Numbered from the stretch's first letter, positions 1 through 9,998 are shown. The stretch is 64,000 bases of DNA from an uncultured virus (IMG/VR IMGVR_UViG_3300033463_000098) (IMGVR_UViG_3300033463_000098), one strand, 5' to 3'. The notes: a model not told the origin generated them from the letters alone. Numbers and translations are program-made.

Positions 1-294
1 TGCGCCATCTTCATATCGAAGTACTTTAAGAGAATTAGGCATTTCAGAAATAACACAACAAGGACGACCTGAAACTAGAATAATATCGCCTTTTTGAACT
101 CTATTAGTAGGAATAATAAAGAAAAAATCCTGGCCAATATCAAAAGCAAAATCATCACAATTTACAAGTGACCCAGTATCTACATTATAAGTTTTATAGC
201 CATTGCTGGTTTTAATAGCAATATCACCATTCATAGAAATTCGACACATACCATTAGCAACCTTACCAAACATATTATTAAACATATTATTCAT
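1..294 (-). CDS. hypothetical phage protein (3' end outside window)
   Basis: ATG at 294 with AAAGGAG RBS; reads MNNMFNNMFGKVANGMCRISMNGDIAIK... open to the window edge. Confidence 0.7.
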   Translation of the reverse strand, partial: MNNMFNNMFGKVANGMCRISMNGDIAIKTSNGYKTYNVDTGSLVNCDDFAFDIGQDFFFIIPTNRVQKGDIILVSGRPCCVISEMPNSLKVLRYEDGA

Positions 295-335
295 AAAATA
301 AATCTCCTTTTACTCATTTATATTTTAATTAAGAG

Positions 336-884
336 TTAATTACTCATTCCATAATCTATAATACGTAAACCAAACGTAGGATTATATCCTATATTAGATG
401 GATTATTTAAAATATCTTCTTCTACTAAATCTAAATAATCTATTACTTTTGGGATATTTCTAAAAAATTCTAAAATATCTTTATCAGTCATGTAAAGATA
501 ATGTAATTGTTTTCCCGCGAATAATAACGCTTCTGTATTATTATATTTATACACAAGTTCTTCATCTAATAATGGTGTAAATCGCGGAAAGCATAATACC
601 GGCAATCCACGTTTATCTATATAAGTATGGACTATTGGGGCCAAATAACATTTAATATATTCAGGTGAATTAAACCAGTTACCCCACTCAGTATATTGTT
701 GTTCTACTGCGCTCCAAGCAATTGAATTATTTTTACCAGAGTGATTATAAATACTATCAAATCCTTTATTATAAAATTCATCTAAAGAGGGATATTCCCA
801 TTTATTTAAATAATCATCTTCTGGTATACATTTTTGTATATATTCTTTAGAGGGGCCGAATGGGAGTATTAGGCGACTGCCCAT
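336..884 (-). CDS. protein-kinase-like (PKL-fold) protein, divergent
   Basis: C-terminal EDILNNPSNIG...LRIIDYG resembles the catalytic loop plus DFG-like motif of the kinase-like ORFs at 8243, 20218 and 21998. Confidence 0.55.
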   Translation of the reverse strand: MGSRLILPFGPSKEYIQKCIPEDDYLNKWEYPSLDEFYNKGFDSIYNHSGKNNSIAWSAVEQQYTEWGNWFNSPEYIKCYLAPIVHTYIDKRGLPVLCFPRFTPLLDEELVYKYNNTEALLFAGKQLHYLYMTDKDILEFFRNIPKVIDYLDLVEEDILNNPSNIGYNPTFGLRIIDYGMSN

Positions 885-1324
885 TACTCCCCATCCCCTA
901 ATAGTTCATTAATACGATTATGACGACGATTAGTATTAATTTCAACCTTTTCGCCAAAACCATTAATCTGTTCTACAGCATCAGATAGCCAATCATCAAG
1001 AGTGTCAATATAAGCTTTCGCGCGCTTAAAAAAAGCTTTATTTAGATTATCTTTCGCGCGAGAAAAAGCAATTAGCTTTCCAGTTTCCTCATTCCATTCA
1101 TCATCATCACTACAAGTAGCAACTCCAATAAACTTATTAGGCATAAAAAGCTTATTCTCAAGACGAGAAGGGTGCCAATAGTCATTACAATATGACTTAA
1201 TTGGGAGATTTTCATCTACAAACTTAATAAAGCACTTATTTGTATCTTCAATTATGCAAACTACCTTCTTCTTATCCTTATTGACAATAAAACGAGCATC
1301 CTTCTTAGAAATGTTGAACTTCAT
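884..1324 (-). CDS. hypothetical phage protein
   Basis: likely start MKFNISKK at 1324 after AAAGGAG; GVATCSDDDEWNEETG motif. Confidence 0.7.
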   Translation of the reverse strand: MKFNISKKDARFIVNKDKKKVVCIIEDTNKCFIKFVDENLPIKSYCNDYWHPSRLENKLFMPNKFIGVATCSDDDEWNEETGKLIAFSRAKDNLNKAFFKRAKAYIDTLDDWLSDAVEQINGFGEKVEINTNRRHNRINELLGDGE

Positions 1325-1340
1325 AATTTTTGTTTCTCCT

Positions 1341-2150
1341 TTAAAATCTCTTAATAATTTCAATATTTGGATGATTTTTTGTAAAAATACTATTTGTGGT
1401 ATAAATTTTAGTAATAAGATCAGGAATATCAATTAGCGATTGTCCATTTAAATTAGGCTTTAATACAGTATTTTCACAATGTGAAACCCAAACATAAATG
1501 TTATTCGCACCACGTTCTTTAAGTTGTTTCGCGGCTGAATAGATAGTACTTCCGCGCGAAAGAATATCATCACAAAGAATAATATCATGTCCTGCAATGA
1601 TATGACGTTCACCCGCGAGTCTAATTGATTCAATTTTTTGAGTTTCCCAATTTCGCTCTTTTACAAAGAAGCAATATGGTGTTTCAAAATAACTATGAAG
1701 TCTTTTCATAGAACCTTCATCAGGAAAACAAAGTGTTGCATCTTTATATACATCAAGTAGTTGTTGAATTTCCTTAGATGGATTTTCAACGCTTATTCTA
1801 TCTAAAAGAGCAATAGAAACATTTGAATGAGGATCATATGTATAAATTTTATAAAAATTCATCATATTGATGATATTACACGAATATTTTAGTGTAAACA
1901 CATCATCACTATTCTTAACCCTATCCATACGCCCATTAAAAATATATGGCATATTTAAAATTATCTTGTCAAAACAATTAGCATGCAGATGTTCTACTAA
2001 ATAATAAAGATAAAGCAATTCTTCATCTTTTTCATAAAGCCATGTAACTGTTAATGGATTTTTATCATAAGAAGGCAAATCAATTAATGTACGACAACTA
2101 CCATCATTGTAATGATTAAAAACAAGAACTTTATCCTCTAACTTAATCAT
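1341..2150 (-). CDS. prs: ribose-phosphate pyrophosphokinase-like (PRPP synthetase / possible Adps)
   Basis: MPYIFNGRMDR, YDPHS, FPDEG and the PRT motif IILCDDILSRGST...VWVSH. Confidence 0.85.
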   Translation of the reverse strand: MIKLEDKVLVFNHYNDGSCRTLIDLPSYDKNPLTVTWLYEKDEELLYLYYLVEHLHANCFDKIILNMPYIFNGRMDRVKNSDDVFTLKYSCNIINMMNFYKIYTYDPHSNVSIALLDRISVENPSKEIQQLLDVYKDATLCFPDEGSMKRLHSYFETPYCFFVKERNWETQKIESIRLAGERHIIAGHDIILCDDILSRGSTIYSAAKQLKERGANNIYVWVSHCENTVLKPNLNGQSLIDIPDLITKIYTTNSIFTKNHPNIEIIKRF

Positions 2151-2188
2151 AACTTCTCCTAATATTATTATTTTCTTTTTACATTATC

Positions 2189-2217
2189 ATTATAACAGAA
2201 ATTAAGTAAAAAGTCAA
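2189..2217 (-). promoter_or_regulatory. sigma70/sigmaA consensus promoter (similar ones near 2385-2413, 7362-7390, 9060-9087, 11732-11760, 15213-15241, 15332-15361, 15902-15930)
   Basis: TTGACT-17 nt-TATAAT with TGn extended -10 on the minus strand. Confidence 0.75.
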
Positions 2218-2351
2218 TTATTAGGTCTAGTAAGATAAAATGGGCGATCTTTTTCCTCTTTCAGTGGATGCTTTTCTAACCAATTCTCTACACCAGTAAC
2301 ACAAGCTGCCGCGAGGATAGTTCCTCCTAAACAAATAATTAACCAAAACAT
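2214..2351 (-). CDS. small membrane peptide
   Basis: MFWLIICLGGTILAAACV..., own promoter and AAGGAG RBS. Confidence 0.55.
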   Translation of the reverse strand: MFWLIICLGGTILAAACVTGVENWLEKHPLKEEKDRPFYLTRPNN

Positions 2352-2458
2352 ATATTATTATTCTCCTTTTCTTTTTCTATATATATTATAACAAAAAATA
2401 AGGGTGAAGTCAAATAAAAAATAATAAAATTTTATTATTAATTTTTCATGTCGTATAA

Positions 2459-4132
2459 TTATTGTAGAGCATAGAGTTCTGCTGCGACGGTCGTGATCTC
2501 GTAGTTTGTGTTGAGGGTGAAGGAGGCGCCGGACGCGATAGCGGTTTTAGCTTTGCAGAAGTTTCCGCCCCGGAAGAAGTATTTTCCCTGCGCGTAGGCT
2601 TGGGACGCGGTTGCGCCGTTCTCGGTCGGGGCAATACAGCTGCGGATCGCTGTGGTTTCATTGGCAATGAACAGACCGGAGTCCGCGCGGTATTCCACCA
2701 CAGTCGGGCCACAGTCCGCCCAGATCACATTATTCCCCAGCAGCGTTTTAACCTCGTTCGGGGTTAGCTGGTAGGTGACGGGTGTGGCGAGTTCGTAGCA
2801 TATACTCAATGGATTTGCGGTCAGATATGCCTTAAACTCGTCTAGCGTCATTTGCGTCGCGGAATTATCTAGCATCAAAAATAATGCGCCATCAGTGCGA
2901 AGCCCAAAGGTATATTTTGCAGCGCCCCACGCCGTAGATACTAGATAATTGGCAATAAAGTTTTGATAGTTACCGCTTGGCGAATATGTGGCCGCATTAT
3001 TCAAACCGAAGCGATTTACATAGCCAGCAGTTTCATACCAGTTCTCAGATTGAGAACCGTTATAGCTGTCAATCACCCTGTCAACCGTCAGCACGCCCGT
3101 GGTAACGTCCAGCGTGCCGCCGTAGACCGTGCCTGCGGTGGATTGCCAGGAGATGGGGTAGGTGGTGCCGTCACTGGCAGTTGTTGTAGGGGATACAACT
3201 ACATTCATTCCCGTCCAGCCGGTGATGGGGCAGATGTTGGAGTAGGGGGCGAAGGTTGCATCAGTAACAGAAGCAAAGCGAATCATCGGCTTTATAGTTT
3301 CCGTTCCAGAAATTGTAATCGGTGCGGCAACCATTGTCACAACGTATTCACCCGTTTCGCTTACACTGAAAGCCGCATCATTATTGTTGTAACTCGAGGC
3401 AATCACAGACCCACCAGAAGCCAGTTTTAACTGCATTCTTAAATCATTCGTTGGGTATGTACCGCCGTTCATTTTGTAGCTTCCGCTTTCCAGTGTAACT
3501 CTGCCAATTTCTTTTTCAACGACTCCACTACTACTTGAGCCAGATACAACAATTACACCGTCTGAACCTACCGTCCAAGTAATACCGTTCTGACTACCGT
3601 TTTCAAGAGTGCAAGGAAGTAGGTTCTTCCCACCGCCAGCAGGCCACGGGTTTGCATAGCCATGCAAATCTTGCACTGGATTAATATCGATAATTAAATC
3701 TTTAACTGGTATATTATCTCCACCATCTGAAAATGAAACTATATTCCCAGATGCGGTCTTTGTAATAACTAAATTTGAATTTTCTTCTTGTAAGGTATAT
3801 AATTCATCAATTGCTGAACTAAATGTGGCATCATTTTCTAATACACTTGTTATAATACCATCTATTTCATCAATTTTATTTGTATTTAAATCAATGTTGA
3901 TTTGCATATTTGCTATTATAGAAGTTATAGTAACATCTTCTCCAATAGATGTATTTCCTATTTTATCATTTATTTCTTGTATATTAGTAGTAAAAGTGTC
4001 AACAATACCCTCAGCACTAGTTATATAACTATCTAAATTTTTAATACCTGTCTCTATTTTATTTAATAATTCATCGCTTATTAAATCACCATTTGTCCAT
4101 TCAGTTTTTACATAATTTTCATATTGGAGCAT
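2459..4132 (-). CDS. putative virion fibre / receptor-binding-type structural protein
   Basis: 557 aa; N-terminal YVKTEWTNGDLIS...LNKIETGI, coiled coil, GGGKNLL, T/S/G-rich beta region, YELATP motif typical of phage fibre-like proteins. Confidence 0.55.
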   Translation of the reverse strand: MLQYENYVKTEWTNGDLISDELLNKIETGIKNLDSYITSAEGIVDTFTTNIQEINDKIGNTSIGEDVTITSIIANMQINIDLNTNKIDEIDGIITSVLENDATFSSAIDELYTLQEENSNLVITKTASGNIVSFSDGGDNIPVKDLIIDINPVQDLHGYANPWPAGGGKNLLPCTLENGSQNGITWTVGSDGVIVVSGSSSSGVVEKEIGRVTLESGSYKMNGGTYPTNDLRMQLKLASGGSVIASSYNNNDAAFSVSETGEYVVTMVAAPITISGTETIKPMIRFASVTDATFAPYSNICPITGWTGMNVVVSPTTTASDGTTYPISWQSTAGTVYGGTLDVTTGVLTVDRVIDSYNGSQSENWYETAGYVNRFGLNNAATYSPSGNYQNFIANYLVSTAWGAAKYTFGLRTDGALFLMLDNSATQMTLDEFKAYLTANPLSICYELATPVTYQLTPNEVKTLLGNNVIWADCGPTVVEYRADSGLFIANETTAIRSCIAPTENGATASQAYAQGKYFFRGGNFCKAKTAIASGASFTLNTNYEITTVAAELYALQ

Positions 4133-4177
4133 TTTTTTCCCTCCTTAAATAAAAAAAAGAAAGTTTTTAAACTTTCT

Positions 4178-4312
4178 TTAATTATTTTCTAATATTCGTT
4201 TTTGTCTAATAAGCGAGTTAATAAGATTTTTATTCATTTCTTCTCCTCGCGCACGCAGTAAATTAATACGATAATTAATCATTGCAATAGTAATTTCTTT
4301 GTTAAAAAACAT
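4178..4312 (-). CDS. small hypothetical protein
   Basis: MFFNKEITIAMINYRI..., AAGGAG RBS. Confidence 0.5.
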   Translation of the reverse strand: MFFNKEITIAMINYRINLLRARGEEMNKNLINSLIRQKRILENN

Positions 4313-4325
4313 ATTATTTTCTCCT

Positions 4326-4868
4326 TTAATCCCACAAATAATCAAAATATTTAGCTAATTCCATAAAAGTATTTTCAATAAGGGCTTGTCGCTCCTCTGA
4401 AATTTCTTTCATTCGCGCATAATATAATTCTCTTACTAAATCAAAATGTTCTTCACTCGTATTATATTCACAAGTTTCAGTAAAGTTTGAATGTTTATTA
4501 TTATGAAACTCCCATAAAGTATTCCATTCTTTATAATACTCATTTTTAGTTTCAACCCAAAAATCTTCATCATAAATGGTATCAATTACATCTGCCATAC
4601 TGTGAAGCCAATCATGCCATTTTTCTTCTGTTTCAAATGGCGCTACTCCTGGATGCGCGCACCCATGATCTGCCATATGCCGCAACATTGGTGGCAATAC
4701 TTCGCAAAACCAATTATCAATATTCCAAACATCAGTATAACAATATCCCTTTGTCGCGCGCATCCAACCATTTTTAATATTAATCCATATTTCTTTAAAC
4801 CATTTCCAGGGGTGGGTTAAAAAATAGCGCTTATTATAAGAGAAATCTGTTAATACATTCATACTCAT
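4326..4868 (-). CDS. hypothetical phage protein (Trp-rich)
   Basis: 180-aa ORF in a tightly packed operon. Confidence 0.75.
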   Translation of the reverse strand: MSMNVLTDFSYNKRYFLTHPWKWFKEIWINIKNGWMRATKGYCYTDVWNIDNWFCEVLPPMLRHMADHGCAHPGVAPFETEEKWHDWLHSMADVIDTIYDEDFWVETKNEYYKEWNTLWEFHNNKHSNFTETCEYNTSEEHFDLVRELYYARMKEISEERQALIENTFMELAKYFDYLWD

Positions 4869-5119
4869 ATTAAAATTCCCTCTAATTCTTTTAATTCTCT
4901 TACAAATTTTTCTGCTTTTTCTAGTGTATTAAAAACATAAAATTGTGTAAAATTATCATCTATATCTTTTTCAGGAAACACAGGTTGACCCCATTCAAAA
5001 TCTTCAATTCTACGAATACAATACTTACGTCCATTAAGATTAAAGGTAGAAACTACATTGTAATTATGATGAAAATTATTATATACATCAATGATATATC
5101 CATAGGAAGTTTCTTGCAT
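4865..5119 (-). CDS. hypothetical protein
   Basis: likely start MQETSYG at 5119 after GAGGAAG. Confidence 0.65.
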   Translation of the reverse strand: MQETSYGYIIDVYNNFHHNYNVVSTFNLNGRKYCIRRIEDFEWGQPVFPEKDIDDNFTQFYVFNTLEKAEKFVRELKELEGILI

Positions 5120-5210
5120 ACGCTTCTTCCTCCTCATAGTCATCAAAATGTGGAAACATTTGACTTTCAACCCATTCTGTATAAATGTCATCATATTGTG
5201 CTTTATTCAC
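5088..5210 (-). CDS. small acidic hypothetical protein
   Basis: GTG start after GGGAGG; 40 aa, MNKAQYDDIYTEW... Confidence 0.5.
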   Translation of the reverse strand: MNKAQYDDIYTEWVESQMFPHFDDYEEEEAYARNFLWIYH

Positions 5211-5223
5211 TATAATTCCTCCC

Positions 5224-5448
5224 TTAAAGTTTATACCCATAAAACTTATAAAAGACATTACCATCAGTAATATGGTCAGGCTCTAACCACATATGATTAC
5301 GAATAGCCCACGCTCGCACTAAATCAACTTCACTATCCCAAAGAGGATAATAAAAAGAAGTGGCTTTCTTTTCACGCGCCTTTTGAAGTTCTAATTCAAC
5401 GCTATAAATAACTGCTGGCTTTTCTTTCTTCTTCTTAAATATCGTCAT
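5224..5448 (-). CDS. hypothetical protein
   Basis: ORF overlapping the upstream gene in the operon. Confidence 0.65.
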   Translation of the reverse strand: MTIFKKKKEKPAVIYSVELELQKAREKKATSFYYPLWDSEVDLVRAWAIRNHMWLEPDHITDGNVFYKFYGYKL

Positions 5449-6172
5449 AATATTTTGTTTCCTTTACTTGTGATAGGACATAATTTCGCATAAGTCTTAC
5501 AAGGGTAGAATCATAAGTAACTAAACTATAATAATTAGGGTTATTATGTTTCCATTGCTTTAATCTTTCAGCAGATTTATCTTTCAAAGTTTCAAAAGTG
5601 TTTACAAACCATTCACGAGTTGGTAATTCAACAGTCTCATCAAAACGCATTTCCCAAGCTGGATGCCATACATTATATACAGAGTAGTTAGTACCAGTAA
5701 CTACAAAATCATTTTTAGATACAAAATCAGCAGAGTTAAGCAGAAACAATGCTCTTGACGCACTTTTCCTATTCACGCCATAGCGGTCAAGTGAATTAAG
5801 CATCATACCGCAAAGAGTACGAAGATATTCATCCCACACAAAACCTAAATACCCATTTTTATAGGCTAGCATTGCGTTAGTAAAATAACGCATTAACTCT
5901 GCAGTCGCAGGAAGAAAGTGTTTTTCGCGCGAGAAAAGTAGTTCAAGCGCGTTTACATTACCCTTACGAACTCCTTCATCAAACTTCATTACACTCATTA
6001 CGGAATGATGTTCTGGGTCAAAGTTCTCTGGAAGATCGTGTTTATCGACTTTATGATAACAATATAAGTCATTAAACTCTGGACAAAGTAGAAGTTTATA
6101 ATCTGTATCAGAGTCAGGGCCATCTAATCTATAATTTTGTGACCCATACAAGATTTTCATTGCAACTTTCAT
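5435..6172 (-). CDS. Pol-beta-superfamily nucleotidyltransferase
   Basis: N-terminal ILYGSQNYRLDGPDSDTDY = GS...DxD signature; GNVNALELLFS. Confidence 0.8.
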   Translation of the reverse strand: MKVAMKILYGSQNYRLDGPDSDTDYKLLLCPEFNDLYCYHKVDKHDLPENFDPEHHSVMSVMKFDEGVRKGNVNALELLFSREKHFLPATAELMRYFTNAMLAYKNGYLGFVWDEYLRTLCGMMLNSLDRYGVNRKSASRALFLLNSADFVSKNDFVVTGTNYSVYNVWHPAWEMRFDETVELPTREWFVNTFETLKDKSAERLKQWKHNNPNYYSLVTYDSTLVRLMRNYVLSQVKETKYYDDI

Positions 6173-6173
6173 T

Positions 6174-6362
6174 TTAATCCTCTAACTTTCTACCACAAAA
6201 AGGACAATAGTCAATTTCCATGGTAATTTCTTCTGTGTCATCTTTATAATGTTCTATAATAGTAATAGAAGGATTTGGATTAGAAAAAATTATAATTTTT
6301 CTATAGCCATGAGTAAAAGATTGCTTATTTACATTATAAGCGCTAGAACAATATTTACACAT
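6174..6362 (-). CDS. small Zn-ribbon protein
   Basis: MCKYC...YCPFCGRKL. Confidence 0.7.
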   Translation of the reverse strand: MCKYCSSAYNVNKQSFTHGYRKIIIFSNPNPSITIIEHYKDDTEEITMEIDYCPFCGRKLED

Positions 6363-6579
6363 TTGTATCCTCCATTAACTTCCTACCACATATTGGACAA
6401 TAATTAATTAAAACAGAAGTAGAACATTCCTGGGTACCGAAATCTCCCAACCAAACTTCGTGTTCTATATTTAGATAATGATGGTTATCCCAACTGTCTT
6501 TACACATTGTAATACGCCAATCATTATCGAGAGAAATATCATCTTCTACAAAATTATTACAAAAAGTACACTTTTCCAT
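6355..6579 (-). CDS. small Zn-ribbon protein
   Basis: MEKCTFC...YCPICGRKL, AAGGAG RBS. Confidence 0.7.
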   Translation of the reverse strand: MEKCTFCNNFVEDDISLDNDWRITMCKDSWDNHHYLNIEHEVWLGDFGTQECSTSVLINYCPICGRKLMEDTNV

Positions 6580-6580
6580 T

Positions 6581-6916
6581 TTAATCTCCTTTATACAATT
6601 CTTGGGCTTTATCTTCTTTTCCCCACCAGATGTAATAATCATATAGAGTTTCACGCTGCGCGCGGGTCATTGGCTTCTCTTTTGAAGTAGTAAGCATAGG
6701 CTCTCCATATGCTGGACTATCAAGCAGAAGAAAACCTCTATCATAGACTAGAAAATCTACAGGATAATCATACTGTAAATGATAAAAGTCATCATATTGA
6801 TTATTTTGATCAAGATAATCAAACGCCCATTCTGTATGCTCTCCCCATTCAACGGGAATATAATTTCCTGTTGGAGCAATAAACCCATAAGGACTTATAT
6901 CATCAGTAAAAATCAT
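6581..6916 (-). CDS. hypothetical protein
   Basis: MIFTDDISPYGFIAPTG..., start overlaps the upstream stop. Confidence 0.7.
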   Translation of the reverse strand: MIFTDDISPYGFIAPTGNYIPVEWGEHTEWAFDYLDQNNQYDDFYHLQYDYPVDFLVYDRGFLLLDSPAYGEPMLTTSKEKPMTRAQRETLYDYYIWWGKEDKAQELYKGD

Positions 6917-7332
6917 ATTATCCTTTCCGCGGCAAAACCGCAATCAGTCGTATAATGGATATTTTTAATACCCATTTGTTTTATTGCCGCCATACACGCA
7001 TTACACGGGCGAGCCATTCCAAGCTTGCCATCGCGTAATTCACGATAAACATAGATATGAACTTTGGAGAAATCAATATCAAGATATTGAATTTTTGAAA
7101 GTGCCATGGCTTCTGCATGAAGTTTACAAGGCAGATAACGATTACCGCTATCTTTATAACGCCATTTATTATATTTTGCCTGATAAGTATGGGTTCGGTC
7201 AGTATTAAAACCCTTAGCAAGGACGGTGCCTTTATAGGAAACTACTGCTCCTATGCGCGCACGCCCGCAACCGCTATAATCTGCTTTGAAACTACATTCT
7301 CTTGCCAACTTAAACAAGTGCGAGTCAGACAC
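6913..7332 (-). CDS. cytidine/dCMP deaminase-family Zn-dependent deaminase
   Basis: HAE and PCxxC (LHAEAMAL; ARPCNAC) motifs. Confidence 0.85.
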   Translation of the reverse strand: MSDSHLFKLARECSFKADYSGCGRARIGAVVSYKGTVLAKGFNTDRTHTYQAKYNKWRYKDSGNRYLPCKLHAEAMALSKIQYLDIDFSKVHIYVYRELRDGKLGMARPCNACMAAIKQMGIKNIHYTTDCGFAAERII

Positions 7333-7397
7333 TTTTTTCTCTCCTTTTCTTTTATATAAATATTATAACATAAATTTAAAAGTTAGTCAAATATTGA

Positions 7398-8237
7398 CTA
7401 ACTTTCTTTAAATTCAAAGTGCTTATTAATAAAATCTCTATTCTGTGTAAAAACTGGAATATCTTTATCAATAAACCACTTATTTCGTTCTACCGTAATA
7501 CCAGTGCCATCTGGCAAAGAGTATTCCACCTTCATAGGCTTTTTATAAATCGCAACACCATTTTTAAACCAATTAGGTTCATTGGCCCAATTGATATTTT
7601 TCTTTTGCCAGAGCATTTCTTGAATTTCATTACAATTCTTGCCCTGTAACTGATTATGAGAAAAATTAGCTTGGCCTAAAAGTTGAATAGAATTACGAAT
7701 ACAATCTGTTTGACGCCAGTATAAACAATTAACTACTTCCTCACGAGGAATAATAAAAGCACGGCTGTCAAATACACATAGCTTATTATGATATGCTTCA
7801 CTATGCTTCATTAATAATTGATACTTTTCATCTTCAATTTTCCCATCTAAATAATGATCAAGATATTCATCTTCAATTGATTCATTAAAACTTTCTTTAA
7901 AGAAAATAGACGCCATTGCCGCACTAATACTTACGATCTTTTGTAAATTATTACCAAACCAAGGTTCAGTATTAATATTCTCATAATCAGTTAGTACAAG
8001 TGTAATTTCATCACTTTGTGTATAAGCGAATTTACAGCCAGAAATATTTTCTGCTAATTTTAATGCAGTTTGATGCATAGCTGCGGCAAACGCGATATCA
8101 TATGGGCGTGCAAATCCCTTGGTAAAGGAATGAAATGCACGACCATCAACACGTACAACTACAACTTGTCGCTTAGGAAGATAAATACGATAGCAATTTT
8201 CATATGCCTTAAAACGATCACCCATTTTATCAATCAT
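7398..8237 (-). CDS. thg1: tRNA(His) guanylyltransferase Thg1-like protein (3'-5' polymerase)
   Basis: VVVRVDGRAFHSFT, AYTQSDEIT, FDSRAF and WRQTDC motifs. Confidence 0.92.
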   Translation of the reverse strand: MIDKMGDRFKAYENCYRIYLPKRQVVVVRVDGRAFHSFTKGFARPYDIAFAAAMHQTALKLAENISGCKFAYTQSDEITLVLTDYENINTEPWFGNNLQKIVSISAAMASIFFKESFNESIEDEYLDHYLDGKIEDEKYQLLMKHSEAYHNKLCVFDSRAFIIPREEVVNCLYWRQTDCIRNSIQLLGQANFSHNQLQGKNCNEIQEMLWQKKNINWANEPNWFKNGVAIYKKPMKVEYSLPDGTGITVERNKWFIDKDIPVFTQNRDFINKHFEFKES

Positions 8238-8242
8238 AATAA

Positions 8243-9025
8243 TTACTCCTCGCTGCTATCACAATAATCATATCCCTTATGATAGCCAGAAAAATCAATA
8301 AAAACCATATGACCATCAACATCGCCAATGTTACCGCCGTGAAGGTCATTGATATTTTCTTCATACATAAAATCAGTTAGTTCAGCATAAGCCTCTTCAC
8401 CATATTCATACACGAACTCTACCGCTACACTAATATTCTTATCACGCATAGGGCTCGTAATTTTCTTAGCAAGCTTGAGATAATCAGGTGCATCCATGGG
8501 CCTAGGCTTAGAAGAGTGCCAACCAGCTTTACGATAAGCATAAAGAGGAATAGAAATCGTCACAGGATGAATATCGCCAAAGTAATCTTCATACCTAGCA
8601 AATTCTTCATCAAAACTATCGTCATAATAATAGTCAAAATCAAAGTGACGAGTAATATCATTGAAATCGTAGAACATAATAGTCTTAGTATAAGAACCAA
8701 GATATTCTACTTCCGTAAAATACTGGTCAAAACCTCGCGCCTTTGCTCTTTCATAAATGCCATGTTCGCGCGCACAACAAGAGCCGCCGTCATTATCTTC
8801 ATCAACATCAAACTTAATAACATAATCGTAGTTGTCATCTACGATACATCCACGAGTCGCGCCAAAATAGATATTAATGTTTTCGGGCACACTAATATCA
8901 TCAATGCTGCCGCTAATATCACTCGCGCTCACAGGCTGCTGGAAAAATATATCAAAATACAGAGAGTTGTCAAGCATGTTATCCAGAATTGCGGAAAAGT
9001 GAGACATAACAGCGCTCTTATTCAT
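8243..9025 (-). CDS. protein-kinase-like (PKL-fold) protein
   Basis: GATR...YVIKFD, CAREH, NDLHGGNIG, VFIDFSG. Confidence 0.75.
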   Translation of the reverse strand: MNKSAVMSHFSAILDNMLDNSLYFDIFFQQPVSASDISGSIDDISVPENINIYFGATRGCIVDDNYDYVIKFDVDEDNDGGSCCAREHGIYERAKARGFDQYFTEVEYLGSYTKTIMFYDFNDITRHFDFDYYYDDSFDEEFARYEDYFGDIHPVTISIPLYAYRKAGWHSSKPRPMDAPDYLKLAKKITSPMRDKNISVAVEFVYEYGEEAYAELTDFMYEENINDLHGGNIGDVDGHMVFIDFSGYHKGYDYCDSSEE

Positions 9026-9094
9026 ATGAATTATTTCCTTTCTTTCGTTTCTATATATATTATAATATAATTTTTACTTTTTGTCAAGAAATAA

Positions 9095-9364
9095 TTAATA
9101 TAAATCCTCGCTAAATAATTCGGTGGGCTCTTTCCATCTTGGAATTTGGTAAGCGGCTTGCGCGCGTTTAAAGGCTTCTGCGCGTGAAACAAATTCTTCT
9201 TTTCTTTCTAATTCATTCCAATCAATAAAGCCCTGTTCTACTGTATCTTTATCATATTCACATCCTATTTGCTTCATCCATAAGAAGAAATCTGGGTGCC
9301 TATGAATTTTAAAAACTTGTCTTTTTCCATTTACAGTAGCACGACAAGCCGCGGATGTAATCAT
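9095..9364 (-). CDS. hypothetical phage protein
   Basis: QGFID...FVSRAEA...LFSEDLY. Confidence 0.7.
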   Translation of the reverse strand: MITSAACRATVNGKRQVFKIHRHPDFFLWMKQIGCEYDKDTVEQGFIDWNELERKEEFVSRAEAFKRAQAAYQIPRWKEPTELFSEDLY

Positions 9365-9365
9365 T

Positions 9366-9572
9366 TTATTCTCCTTTGTTTATCATAAAATTTATTAAAT
9401 CTGATATTGAACAATTTGCATTTTGAGTTTGCATTATTTGATTTGTAGCTAATGAATAAGGGATATTTAATATAGGATTTTCTAATGTAACATGTGCTTC
9501 TCCTATATTATTTATTACTACATTTAATAATGTTCCGCAACATGGGCAAATTACAGTCCCATAATTAGTCAT
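9366..9572 (-). CDS. small CxxC protein
   Basis: ICPCCG. Confidence 0.6.
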   Translation of the reverse strand: MTNYGTVICPCCGTLLNVVINNIGEAHVTLENPILNIPYSLATNQIMQTQNANCSISDLINFMINKGE

Positions 9573-9828
9573 CTTCCAACAACCCCGTTCTTCGCATCAT
9601 ATTTTCCCAAGATATTGATGATGGATGATTCCACCAATCATTAATTACCTTTCCAGTGGATGTATCTTCTCTATAAACCCATTCTGGTGTTGCCGTTGTA
9701 GAGGGCATTGTCTTTACTCCACCATTACAATACCAACATTGTGGTGTATCTGGTGAATATACCCGCCCACATTTGGGACAGGTCCATCCTTGCCTTCCCC
9801 AATTAATATAATTTGGATCGTAATACAT
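9565..9828 (-). CDS. small Zn-ribbon protein
   Basis: GWTCPKCGRVYSP...CWYC. Confidence 0.7.
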   Translation of the reverse strand: MYYDPNYINWGRQGWTCPKCGRVYSPDTPQCWYCNGGVKTMPSTTATPEWVYREDTSTGKVINDWWNHPSSISWENMMRRTGLLEDD

Positions 9829-9830
9829 AA

Positions 9831-9998
9831 TTAACTCACCCCATTGTATTCTTTATCTAATGGAACTTCAATAGCATTTTTACATAACGGGCAATAAATT
9901 ACAGTTCCATAGATATCTTTTGCATTATAAGCTAATAGGCTACCGCATTTATCGCAGGTAGCCAATAGCCCAGGAAATGCCTTACTTAAAATAATCAT
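9831..9998 (-). CDS. small Zn-ribbon protein
   Basis: MIILSKAFPGLLATCDKCG...YCPLCK (below the ORF-track cutoff). Confidence 0.6.
   Translation of the reverse strand: MIILSKAFPGLLATCDKCGSLLAYNAKDIYGTVIYCPLCKNAIEVPLDKEYNGVS

Noticed and set aside
2459..4132. Diversity-generating retroelement target
   Set aside because: No reverse transcriptase and no adenine-variant template repeat were seen in the window.
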